Shown one piece after another: positions 52,230 to 64,000 of a DNA stretch of 64,000 bases. The notes below the pieces were generated by a model. It saw only the letters and a program-made list of their open reading frames with translations. It had not been told where the DNA came from and did not search any database. A program made the translations under genes and the position numbers. Within the stretch, counting starts at the first letter, position 1. Every line of letters starts with the position of its first letter. Origin of the DNA: Octopus sinensis. Lineage: Eukaryota. The stretch lies in contig NC_043001.1 of assembly GCF_006345805.1 (NCBI RefSeq), positions 68,944,001 through 69,008,000 of the forward strand, written 5' to 3'.

Positions 52230-52645
52230 GAACAAAATATTTACACCGACATATATTTGTCCTCATCTTGTTTGTTCATTAACACAACGTTTCGGCTGAT
52301 ATACCCTCCAACATTAATCAGGTATCTTGTGGAAATTTCGAACATGGGTTCTCATTTCTAATTTATTTTTCGATGTTATCATTATTATTATTATTATTTA
52401 GATCACTGCCTGGATTCGAACTCGGAATCTTGGGGTTAGTAGATCGCGCTCTTAACCACTACGCCATATGCCCATGGGGGGACTAACTCTTATTCTTGTT
52501 CCATTCTAGCAGCTTACTATATAACTACATTCACTATGGCGTAGTGGTTAACAGCTCGGGCTAATAATCCCAAGATTCCGAGTTCGATTCCAGGCAGTGA
52601 CCTGAATAATAATAATAATAATATCTGTCAAATGTAAATAATGTA
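52230..52645. mobile_element. Head-to-head pair of the same tRNA-headed SINE family (minus copy about 52230-52470 with degenerate HHR; plus copy about 52535-52645 lacking the HHR body)
   Basis: Both copies carry GGCGTAGTGGTTAA...CCAAGATTCCGAGTTCGA(A/T)TCCAGGCAGTGA. The minus-copy core reads CUGAUUA. Confidence 0.8.
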
Positions 52646-53289
52646 CCTCTGAACGTTAAAAATTTTTTTAAAATATTTTTAGCCACAGCAAATTTGAACT
52701 CAGAACGTAGCGATGGGTAAAATACCTATTTCTTCACTACCCACAAGGGCTAAACAGTGAGAGGACAAAGAAGGCCAGACAAACGGATTGAGTCGATTAT
52801 ATCGCCCCCAGTGCATAGCTGGTACTTATTTAATCGACCCCGAAAGGATAAAAGGCAAAGTCGACCTCAGCGGAATTTGAACTCAGAACGTAGCGGCAGA
52901 CGAAATACTGCTATGCATTTCGCCCGGCGTGCTAACGTTTCTGCTAGTTTGCCGCCTTACACTATTAACAATGAAGCATTCGACACCATCCTTGAAAACA
53001 TTTCCCTGCTAAAAAAGGACCACAGGATGAACTTAATCTCCAAATACACACCATCATAAAAAGCAAGAGAGAACTCAAATTTAAGAAAAGTCTCCTAACA
53101 CAAGCCCGAATATGCTCAACAACAACACAGAAGCCGTCAGTAAAAAAATGTGGAAGACCCAACTGTGAGATATGCGTCAATTTAATTGAGGGATCAGAGT
53201 TCTCTTTCAAACTGGGACAACGTGTCACAGTGAAAAGCAAAAATGTAGTCATTACTCCCAAGTTTGTTACGGTAGAGTCTAGACTTTAT

Positions 53290-54075
53290 GTCTACCTAAT
53301 TTTTTGAGATACTAGCTTGACAGTTTCGGGTGAGGAGACTGATCTTGTGCCGATAGAATAAATTCTTCTGTTTCGCCTTTCAAACCAGTACTCTGCACCC
53401 GCTCACGGGTTCTTGTCATATGTACATCAGCTCGTTTGGTATATAGCCTATGCAATGGTTTTTCTTGCCAAAATCTCAATATTTCCTTCAAGATTTCCTG
53501 TTTGGCTTTCGTATTACACTTTTTTTATTGCCTTAATGGGTTGTGTGTCCTTATCATTATCATAATCAGGGAGGTTAATCTCTCGCCTGCATTTATATTC
53601 CTCCTTTGAAATTTAGTACATTTTCTTACCGTGATCGTGTTGTCTTACCAGCTGTATCAACTAGTCGGTGTTATTATGGACAGCAGGTACCACCTGAGAG
53701 TTTATAGCTGAAATTCTTTCTGGGAGTTCAGCTCAGTATTCGGGACCATTTCTATCATGTCTGTAATCCTCTTCCTTGATCTTTTCTTTCATTGATCCGT
53801 GCTAAGTCCCTTTCCCTTCGTGTACCCCAAGTTACTTATAAAAGCCGTTTTAATCTAGGTCATTGATACATTTATCATGATCAAGTTGGATGATGGAATT
53901 AACTGTCAGTTTGTCACGTTTGCACAATTTTGCCACTTTTGCACATTTGTCAAGATCAAGTTCCATATTCATGTCATCATTAAATTTTTGCTCTGTTACC
54001 AGTAGCGCTTTCATATCTTTGCTCACTTTTGCATATAATTTCAGATTATTTATTTGGAGCAAGTATGAGATGATC
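53290..54075 (-). mobile_element. Dong/R4-like (RLE-type) non-LTR retrotransposon fragment (RT end and thumb)
   Basis: NNLKLYAK...MELDLDKCAK (RT domains 5-7) and GLKGETEEFILSAQDQ. Confidence 0.7.
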
Positions 54076-54219
54076 TTATCAAAATTTCGAAATCGAAATT
54101 TGCTATTTTCAGCTTATAGGACAAAGTAATGAGGCAAAGTCAGAAGAGAAGAGAGAGTGAAATACCCTGGAACATTCCACTATCTCTGACACATACAAAC
54201 CTTACTCGTGGTTGTACTA

Positions 54220-54447
<228 letters not shown>

Positions 54448-54864
54448 GGTGAGAGAGTAGTGTATCCCATCAAAGTGACGCAAGGGTAAAATATACGAAG
54501 CCCAGTATGCCCATCATGACTACCCTTCTGATAAGTATACACCAGACACATGCCTCACAACCGTATGTGTGCGACATGGGGAATTGATATCAAGATAAAC
54601 AGTGCATGACCTTGCAGGTGGGGCCCAGTTAGTGTTTTTTCAGGTCACGTAGCCAATCCTGCTGAAATGGTCCTTCAATAAGGGTTATTTAAGAATGTTA
54701 AACGAAACACCCATGTTTCCAGATGTGAATTATTGAAACTCCAAAGAATTCCGCCAAACACATAGCTATGATGCTCCCCCACTACTTCTCTCCACGATCA
54801 GAGATGCACACATATCATCAGCCACTAGGGGACATACTCAACTAGTTAAGGTCAAACACCTTGT

Positions 54865-55070
54865 TCTCGGTGACTCCTGGGTCATGTTCGTGCCATTTCT
54901 GTGCTCTGTTCCAGGCCGTACTTTTTACATAGCCTCCAGAGGACATCGTTATTGTGCCTCCTACTGTAGTGCATTTTGGGCCAGCTTGCTACACTCACAA
55001 TATGTGAGATTGTTTCGTTTCTGCTGTCACATCTCCTAGAAAGATAACTCTGCACCATCAGACGACACTA
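54865..55070 (-). mobile_element. Dong/R4-like CCHC zinc-knuckle region fragment
   Basis: Degenerate ETISHIV...KLAQ...RHN...WRLCKKYGL...W.EH.PGVTEN, read across frameshifts. Confidence 0.6.
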
Positions 55071-55849
55071 ATTTGTTTTTATTATCATTATTATCGAGTT
55101 AGATAGCAGCACAGGCAATTAGAGTAATGCTCGGTTACAAATATACGGAGTCCAATATACCCAGCGTGATTACTTCTCTGTTAGAGTTACAGTAAGCACT
55201 TGCATACGAACATCACTCAGAGCAATTTCATCACACCAACAAACAATACAGCAAGCCACGAAAGGCAGCTCAGACACTTCCAGCTACCTGACAGTTAATC
55301 ACTGATTGTGCTACTCTGGGTTAGGATGAGTCATCCAGGACGTATGTATTTAAAGTTCTGAATAGGAAATAGATGAGGATTGCATAATTTGACAACTATT
55401 TAATATTGCCGGTTACACAGTACACAAATTTGTTATCTGTAGGTAGGAACTTGCTTACTTGTGATCTGTAGGCAGGAACCCATTTAACTGGAGTTGAACA
55501 CGTCGCTCCTGACATGACAAGCTTGCAGACACTGGTTTACCGAATTAAGTAAGCCAGTGTTAACAGAATCAGTCAACAAATGATGCTTTGCTCAGAAAAG
55601 GTCAATTAGAGTAGAAGAGATTACATTTAGTTAGGAATTAGCGATAGAAATAAATTAATTAGCGGAAGACTTAGAAACTAGCGGCGAGGATGGCCTTTGA
55701 GTAATTCCTCAAAGCTAGGTTACATTGCCAGAGCTACATCGTGTTCTCTAAGACACTAGGAAACGAAAGCCACTCGATAAGCCCCAATAACAGCGCTGTA
55801 ACGCGGCAACAAATCCACAATTCGGACTATAGTTCACCAAACTGGGCAC

Positions 55850-56260
55850 GTACAGATGTGTGCAGCATTTCAGCAGCACTAACTACAGCTGTTTGGGACG
55901 AATGCCAGTCCTGAATGCAGAATGAACTTCACTTCCCACCTCGATGGTATGCCACGACTCTCGGCAAGTGGATAGGGGTTGGAATAGGGTGATGGTGGTT
56001 ATATGCCAGCGCCGGAGTATTGCTGACTTTTGGATTTATGTCGAACAAGTGCTGTCAAGAGTAGGAAGGATCCAACTATTGACTGAGTCTATTGTGAATA
56101 TCTTATTGTCACCTTCCTTTGATGGGGAAGGGAAGGCAGTGTTTCTTTGTCTGGTGGCAACCGCGAAAAAAAGTTGTGTGGTGATTAAGACTGAAAGGGC
56201 TGAACACAGGAACTTACTTCTTTGGCCAAGTCTTTATCCACTTTTTCAAGTTTCAATAGA
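55850..56260 (-). mobile_element. Possible highly degenerate Gypsy integrase relic
   Basis: GC-richer block with weak matches (SPSKEG..IFTIDSVNSW; TT.YHP.SN across a frameshift). Confidence 0.25.
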
Positions 56261-56952
56261 AAAGGAAAGTGAAAGCTGAGTGGTAAGTGCTATCTCCCTC
56301 AATTTTGTTGAATGGTGAACGAATGTGGGAATAATGGTCCAAGTGAACGGGACTCACCTAAACATACACCTATATACGAGAAAGAGCGGGCACTAGCTCT
56401 GTTGGCTACCGTGCTTTTGTGGGGCCTCCACGAGCAGCCCTTGGACGTCATCCTCTTTTGGGAGAAATATTCGTAGTTATATTGTGACTGTTTTTTTTCT
56501 ACTTTTATATGCCCTTTATGTAACCCCACATAGTATTGTTCTATGCTGTCCCCAATGTATTTTTGTGAAACCTTAATTGTTAATATAGAAAACATTATAG
56601 ACAATTATTATTGCACGTCTCGGGGGTGAGCTGCCAGAATCGTTAGCACGCTAGGAAAAGAGCTTAGCGGCATTTCGGCTGTCTTTACGTTCTAAGTTCG
56701 AAATCCACCGAGGTCGACTTTGAATTTCATCCTTTCGATGTTGATAAACTAAGTACCAGTGGAACTCTGGGATCGACCTCACTAAAGTGAAAATTCAGGT
56801 ATGTGCCTACATTCTCTGTTCAAGGTCTAGTTTGCTCTCCTCATTTTGGTGCTTATAACATTAGCAGTAGTCGATATAATCGACTTCCCCTTCCACCAAA
56901 TTTATATCATCATCATCATCATCATCATTATTATTATTATTATTATTATTAT

Positions 56953-57627
56953 TGAGTGAGAGAGCAGTTCATGCCATCAAAGTGACACTGGGGTAAAATA
57001 TACGAAGCCCAATATACCCATCATGACTACCCGTCTGATAAAGGTACACCAGGCACATGCATCACAACCATATGTGCGTGACATGGTGATCTCATATCAA
57101 GATAAACAGCACATGAGCTTGCAGGTGGGGCCCAGTTTGAATTTTCTTCAGGTTGAGTAGCCCATCCCGCTCAAACGGTCCCCGAATAAGGGTTGTTTAA
57201 GGATGTTGAAAGAACCACCCATGTTTCCAGAGGTGAACTATTCAAACCCCAAAGCATCCCTCTCAACACATGGCTATGATGCTCCCCCACTACTTCTGCT
57301 CGTGATCAGAGATGCACATATCGTCAGCCACTAAGTGACATGCTCAACTGGTTAAGGTCAAACAACTGACAAGCAAATCTGTGGTATTGAGCAGAATATT
57401 TGCTGTAGCCCATCTTTTATACCAAGACAAAACAATGTACATGATAACACTTCCAATCAGTTAAGATCAGAAGCCATGAGAGCCACTGCCTGGTACTGCA
57501 TCAGGGCATTTACCTGGTACTGCATCAGGGCATCTGCCTGGTACTGCATCAGGGCATTTACCTGGTACTGCATCAGGGCATTTACCTGGTACTGCATCAG
57601 GGCATTTACCTGGTACTGCATCAGGGC

Positions 57628-57632
<5 letters not shown>
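56953..57632. mobile_element. Non-coding dispersed repeat embedded in (ATT)n; further copies at 54447-54860 and 58545-58935
   Basis: Three homologous copies, each starting directly after an (ATT)n tract with GAGTGAGA/GGTGAGA...TCAAAGTGAC. Confidence 0.8.
57489..57632 (+). repeat. 24-bp tandem repeat x6 (CCTGGTACTGCATCAGGGCATTTA) at the element terminus
   Basis: Units start at 57489, 57513, 57537, 57561, 57585 and 57609; unit 2 ends CATCTG. Confidence 0.95.
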
Positions 57633-57694
<62 letters not shown>

Positions 57695-57704
57695 GTTGTT
57701 GTTG

Positions 57705-57741
<37 letters not shown>

Positions 57742-58169
57742 CATTATTATCATCATCATTATTATCATTATTATTATTATTATCATTATCATTATCCCTA
57801 TCATCATCATCATCATCATCATCATCATTATTATTATTATTATTATTATTTTTCAATTCTGTTCCATTTCTTACCGAGTGTCTTCCTGACACCGAGGGCA
57901 GAGAAACGCACTGTATACATTGGTAGCGCATTCAAATAAACACATTAGATTGTTCATTAACTATGTCATGTGATAAAGAAAACAAGGAAGAAAGACAGAA
58001 AGAAAAAGGAGAAAATAAGAAAATCCAAAAAAAAAGTTAAGAAAATAAAGGGGGGAAAGGGGGGAATCACAGCAACAATGCACTTTTCAATACGTGTGAC
58101 GTACCAGATAAGACAATCGTTTGCACTTCCTGCATGGATGGTAAGACAGAGATCATTCTTCAATAAATT

Positions 58170-58270
58170 TCAGTTCATTTTTTGATTATTCCAAGTGCTC
58201 CTACAATCACTGGTATTGTAGCCGTGTTGAGATGCCACATCTTTACGATTTCGATTAGAAAATCTTTATT
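58170..58270 (-). mobile_element. Dong/R4-like endonuclease C-terminal fragment
   Basis: IEIVKMWHLNTATIPVIVGALGIIKK. Confidence 0.65.
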
Positions 58271-58457
58271 ATTATTATTATTTCCAAGCTGGAAAAAATG
58301 CAGAGCGGTGATTCCTCTGCTTTTGCATTCTGAGTTGAAATGCCGCCGAGGTCGACTTTCAGGAGAAATAGGTAGCAGCTCCGTATTGGTGCCGAGGTAA
58401 TCGAGTACCTCCGCCTCCGAAGTTGCTGGCCTTGTGCCAAAATTTGAAACCATTATC

Positions 58458-58501
<44 letters not shown>

Positions 58502-59703
58502 GTTGTTGTTGTTGTTCTTCTTCTTCTTCTTCTTGTTATTATTATTGAGTGAGAAGGCAATGTCAAAGTGACACTGCGGTAAAATATAGGAGGCCCAGTT
58601 AGACTTTTCATCTCGCTCAAAAGGTCCTTGAATAAGGGTTTTTTTAAGATGTTGAACGAAACACCCATGTTTCTAATGGTGAATTATCCAAACTCCAAAG
58701 AATTCCTTTCAGCACATGGCTATGATGTTCCCCCACTACTTCTGCTCGTAATCAGTAATGCACATATCATCAGCCACTAATGGAAATGCTCAACTGGTTA
58801 AGGTCAAACAACTGACAAGCAAATCTGTGGTATTGAGTAGAATATTTGTTTTGGCCCATCTTTTCTACCACGACAAAACAATGTACATGATAACACTTCC
58901 AATCAGTTAAGATCAGAAGCCATGAGAGCTACTGTGGTTATCATGTTTATCATGGTTATGTGTAGTAGATATCTTGTAGTCTTAACTTTAAAGGAAAATA
59001 GATATAGAATTTAACGAAACTGGACGATGACAGTAGGGAAATTGGAAGTATTTTCACAAAACAAATTTATTTTATTGAACATTACTTTAAGAAAGCGATT
59101 ATGTTAATAGAAATCAGGAAAACAAAGTTTGGGACGACATTTTGTTGATGTAAAACATTAGCTGTTTTAACAAAGCTTCTTGTCACGCCATCTTGTCACG
59201 CCTCTCAGGCTTTGTGCTGTTGTTTAGCAAAAAAAAAACTGGAAAGGGTGTTGTAAAAATAAAGTAAGGAGATACTACTCGAAAATCAAACGCTAAGATA
59301 ATATATTGTTTCTATTCCAGCTGGTATAACTTGGATTTTATTGCATTGCTAAAGAATTCATTTTACAAATCTTCGTCGTTTCAAGCAGAGATAGTAAGAT
59401 AGCAGCGGCAATTACAGGAATTATAAAACATTGAAAATAAAAACCATACCAACATTAGTAACAATAATAAAGATAATGATATGAACAAAAACAACAATAA
59501 TGAATTGAAATTTTGGTACAAGTCCAGCAGTTTCGGAGAAGAGGACACGCTGATGACATTGAACCAAGTGTTCAACTGGAAATTATTTTATCGAACACGA
59601 AACTATGAACGGCAAATCGTCCTCGACAGAAATTGAACTCAGAACGTTAAGACGAACGAAATGCCGCTAAGAGTACTGTCAGGCGTGCTAACTAAATTAA
59701 TTA

Positions 59704-60300
59704 TTCTTTACCCTATATCTGTAATGATTATTTTACTCCCTGATAACAAAACTGCGGATCTCTTTCTGCGGTACTATCTTGTGACGCACATGGTAAACTT
59801 GGAGGGAAATACGAATTCACTCGTCTATATAAGTTTGGATATGCTGACTACCTTGTGTTATGTTCTGATGGCGCTTGATCAGAAATGCAAAGGGTAAGTT
59901 TTCCTAGCATTTTCAAGTTTATAATTCTCAAAATATTATGTTGACAAAGGAAATGGATTTTTATAATTTTAATTCAGAAACGCGTCCATAATTAATCGAA
60001 GACAGTTTGATTTCCTTATTTTTCTTCTTTTTACCTATGTGAGTTACAAATATTGTTATCTGTGGAGAAATATTTTGTATGAAAAAGAAATAGCGATCTT
60101 TTGGCTGCTATTTCTAAATTTTCGGTATGTGGTGAAGCAACTTGTCTCTAAACCACTTAATTATTGCTATAATTATATATAAAAAAACTTTTTGTATAAG
60201 ATTTTACCGAATATGGTTTTTTTCCATACCAAAAACAACTTTGGTAAATTTATGAATTTATTAAATTAAATATTTTCTTTATCCTATATCTGTAATGATT
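59704..60300 (+). repeat. About 571-bp monomer with a 26-bp terminal direct repeat; diverged relative of the 552-bp unit
   Basis: TTCTTTA(C/T)CCTATATCTGTAATGATT at 59704-59729 and 60275-60300. Shares collinear blocks with the 552-bp unit (AAAGGGTA..CATTTTCA, HHR, GCTGCTATTTCTAA..TTCRGTATGYGG, GATTTTACCGAA). Confidence 0.6.
59935..59992 (+). ncRNA. Type I hammerhead motif with U3-A8 variant core
   Basis: AUUAUG-UUGACAA-A-GGAA...UUCA-GAAA-CGCG-UC^CAUAAU: 6-bp stem I, palindromic ACGCGU, GUC triplet. One mismatch at the base of stem II. Confidence 0.65.
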
Positions 60301-60346
60301 CTATCTATCTATCTATCTATCTATCTATATATGTCAATCTGTCTAT

Positions 60347-60385
<39 letters not shown>

Positions 60386-60479
60386 CCATTAATTTATTAT
60401 TATCTTTAAAAAAAAACAACGATAAAGTGGCCAGCAAGCATCATCTAAATATACAAATATCTCTATTTCTTCATTGCCA

Positions 60480-60870
60480 ACAGGGGCGCTAAACGTAGAG
60501 GGGACAAATAACATCAGAGAAAGGGATTAAGTCGATTACATCGACTCGGTGTGTAACTGGTACTTATTTAATCTACCCCGAAAGGATGAAAGGATAAGTC
60601 GACCTAGGCGGAATTTGAACTCAGAAAGTAACGACAGAGGAAATAGCTATTTCTTTACTACCCACAAGGGGCTAAACACAGACAAGACAAACAAGGACAG
60701 ACAAACGGATTAAGTCGATTATATCGACCCCAGTGCGTAACTGGTGCTTATTTAATCGACCCCGAAAGGATGAAAGGCAAAGTCGACCTCAGCGGAATTT
60801 GAACTCAGAACGTAGCGGCAGACGAGATACCACTGAACTTGCTAATGTTTCTGCCAGCTCGCCACCCTAA
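60480..60870 (-). mobile_element. Second tRNA-derived SINE family, tandem partial copies. Also about 90-262(-), 49575-49760(+), 52685-52960(-), 56620-56900(+), 58300-58455(+), 59590-59690(-)
   Basis: Recurrent GTTCTGAGTTCAAATTCCGC...GAGGTCGACTTTGCCTTTCATCC...GGTCGAT...TAAGTACCAG. Confidence 0.85.
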
Positions 60871-61159
60871 GTATACAGATATATCGCAGAAGGGTAAATA
60901 GTTTACGTAGAAAGCCTAGCTGACGAGCTTTAAGTATTAATTCGACACAGAAACCGAAATCAATTGATACTAGGATATCTAGCCACCGGTTTGTAGATTT
61001 ACAAACTGGAAGAACCGTTTTTCTAAATGTATTTGCTACATTCTCCGCCTATGTTTACATATGGTGTGAAATAAGTGGTTTTGGAGAGTTTTAGTCTTCA
61101 TTCAAGTGAACAGGTACATATTGTACCCTGGCTTTTAATATATATATTCGAATACACAT

Positions 61160-61619
61160 ACACTACCGTCGAAGGCAACATCAACGCAGCAAAGTACGTT
61201 GAGATAGTACGGGATACCTCTTTGGTGGCGAGGAGTACGTGCTGGCCAGTCACCTGACCTGAACCCTATTGAGAACCTCTGGAGTCGATTGGGTAGGGAT
61301 TTGAATGTGCAGCAATACAGGAACCGACACGAGCTGTTTGGGGCACTTCTTGCTGCATGAGGGGCCATCCCTGCACAGTACCTGCAGGCACTCATAGACA
61401 GCATGCCGACCCGCGTAGCAGCTGTCATTGCTGCCAAAGGAGGAGCAACAAGATATTGACTAAATTTCACGATTAATAACAATTATGTGGTGTGCTGGGA
61501 TATGTTTTAATAAATTTTTGATTAAAACGAGTTCATTTCTGATAATAAGTTAATTAAATTAAGAAAATGTAAGAAAATGTAGAAATTTGAGAAGTGCTAA
61601 TTAATTTCCGACGCAAGTG
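61160..61619 (+). mobile_element. Tc1-family transposon 3' fragment
   Basis: GNINAAKYVEI...SPDLNPIENLW...LIDSMPTRVAAVIAAKGGATRY* (stop 61457-61459), then a terminus ...CGCAAGTG|TA into (TA)n. Confidence 0.85.
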
Positions 61620-61640
61620 TATATATATATATATATGTCG

Positions 61641-61693
<53 letters not shown>

Positions 61694-61694
61694 G

Positions 61695-61760
<66 letters not shown>

Positions 61761-61764
61761 GTCG

Positions 61765-61985
<221 letters not shown>

Positions 61986-62096
61986 TGTTTGTGTATAAAG
62001 CTACTAACTATATAAACAAAAACGAACGAAAATAAATAATAGCACCATAATAGAATTGAAGAAAATTGTAATGTTTTTAGAAAACTTAAAGGCATA

Positions 62097-62154
<58 letters not shown>

Positions 62155-62332
62155 GGAGAGGAAAAAGAGAAACAATGAAAGTGTGTGAATAAAGTTAATT
62201 TGATCGGTTAAGATATGTTTAATGTTTGGGTAAATATTTCGATTTCATCATATTTTTATTATTTTCGTAACGTAATCGATAGGGTTCAGACTTTTTAAAA
62301 CATATTCTATAACATGTGAGTATAATTTTAAA

Positions 62333-62727
62333 TACTCTTTTACTCTTTTACTTGTTTCAGTCATTTGACTGCGGCCATGCTGGAGCACCGCCTTTAGTCG
62401 AGCAAATCGATCCCGGGACTTATTCTTTGTAAGCCCAGTACTTATTCCATCGGTCTCCTTTGCCGAACCGCTAAGTGACGGGGACGTAAACACACCAGCA
62501 TCGGTTGTCAAGCAATTCTAGGGGGACAAACACACACACACACACACACATATATATACATATATACGACAGGCTTCTTTCAGTTTCCGTCTACCAAATC
62601 CACTCACAAGGCATTGGTCGCCCCGGGGCTATAGCAGAAGACGCTTGCCCAAGATGCCACGCAGTGGGACTGAACCCGGAACCATGTGGTTGGTTAGCAA
62701 GCTACTTACCACACAACCACTCCTGCG
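62333..62727 (-). mobile_element. tRNA-derived CORE-like SINE, complete copy. Other copies: 9568-10050 (+, full); tails at 5005-5200, 34060-34305 and 37120-37290 (+)
   Basis: tRNA-like head (GTGTGGTAAG...GGGTTCAGTCCC), CTTGGGCAAG core, internal (TA)(TG) tract, and a shared tail ending GACTGAAACAAGTAAAAGAG. Confidence 0.85.
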
Positions 62728-63849
62728 TTTATTATTTCTTTATACATTCATCATTTATGCCTTTATGGAGCAAGTTTATACAATATTCAGGAGAGTCAAA
62801 AAAGAGAAAAGAAATAGAAACAAAACAAAACAAGATAAATGCAAATAAAATGAATATTAATGAGCAATGAATTGCACAGAACGTGTTAAACGTATGAACA
62901 GCTTCAAGACTATAAGATACAAAATAGACATGTTAAATATTTTAAGATGTTTGTTGTGTATAGAAATACAAGAGAAGGATTAGGACAAGAGTGTCACATG
63001 GGTTTTGAAATACGTCTTACTATAAAAACTAAAATATATCGAAATGCGTTATTTACTGAATAAACAATTTGCATTGAAATGCACACGCATTAGCATAGCA
63101 TTTATAACATTCCCGACTGTAGATAACTGTTGGTTTTAATTCGAGAAGGTGCGTAATGTAGTGGTTATGTTGTAGTAGTTACAAGAGTAATTCGTGATTT
63201 TGATTCCTGAACCGAGCATTTTATTGTGTTCTTGAGCAGAGCACTTCATTTCACGTTAAGGTGAAATGCTGAGATCTGGACCACGTACACGCACTGGGAA
63301 ACGTACCGCTCCTATTAGTCTTCTTAAATCTTTTTGGTGTGGTACAGTTATGTGCAATATACGTTATCGTGGTATTAGAGAAATCTAACCCACATGACAC
63401 TTGAAATCATCTATATAGATTTCCTAAATCTATTTCATCTGTTAAATAATTTTCTTTTACAGAGGCAATAAAACTAAAATTTTGGGAAGAACCTTCTTTA
63501 GATTAAACCAACCGTTTCACCGAACTGGTGTTCGTTAATAACAATGCCTTCTTTACTTGTGTGGCACATTATTTCATCTATCTCTTAAGGTGAAATCGCT
63601 TTTTCTGACTTACTAAAGATTCTGTCAGGTCATCTAAAATTAACAGAGAGAATCGATCTGTTTATTTTCCTTTGTAATTGCATTAAGAAAACCTGACTAA
63701 AGAGAATTAATGTTGTCACAGGCGTTGTTAATTAAGCACTATTTTGATAATAATACTGATAAATCACCTGCTCAAAGATATTATGTGATGTTTTATTGAA
63801 TTATTGCCTTGAGAATTATTTAATGCTTTGTTTGAATCTCATATATATG

Positions 63850-63958
<109 letters not shown>

Positions 63959-64000
63959 TATATATATTAAATTTCTAAATCTCTCATAGAGATATGTACG

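Noticed and set aside
59661-59897. 78-aa plus-strand ORF ending at a GG|GTAAGT donor-like site
   Set aside because: It lies inside the ~571-bp hammerhead-bearing repeat unit and has no recognisable protein similarity.

Overview
This is AT-rich, microsatellite-dense animal DNA. The repeat repertoire suggests a cephalopod such as Octopus (inference). One host gene is supported: the last two coding exons of a D2-like dopamine receptor on the minus strand (51174-50135 and 47303-47071); its TM1-3 exons were not found in the window. The rest is mobile DNA: a near-complete mariner, mariner/Tc1/maT relics, a full-length CR1-clade LINE with an unusual Myb/SANT + CCCH ORF1, two Penelope-like (PLE) insertions, Dong/R4-like LINE fragments and several tRNA-derived SINE families. 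The main observation is that at least six non-coding repeat families carry minimal type I hammerhead ribozyme (HHR) motifs, identified by hand pairing. They are: a 552-bp tandem/inverted array with 6 intact HHRs whose inversion point lies 2-3 nt from the predicted cleavage site; a diverged ~571-bp relative with a compensatory U3-A8 core; a tRNA-headed SINE with an HHR in its body; two elements with a CCGAUGA core; and a PLE 3' end with a U3-A8 core. Several share the PLE head-to-head architecture and abut (TA)n tracts. This points to a PLE-driven retrozyme/circular-RNA system. Ribozyme activity and circRNA expression are predictions, not observations.
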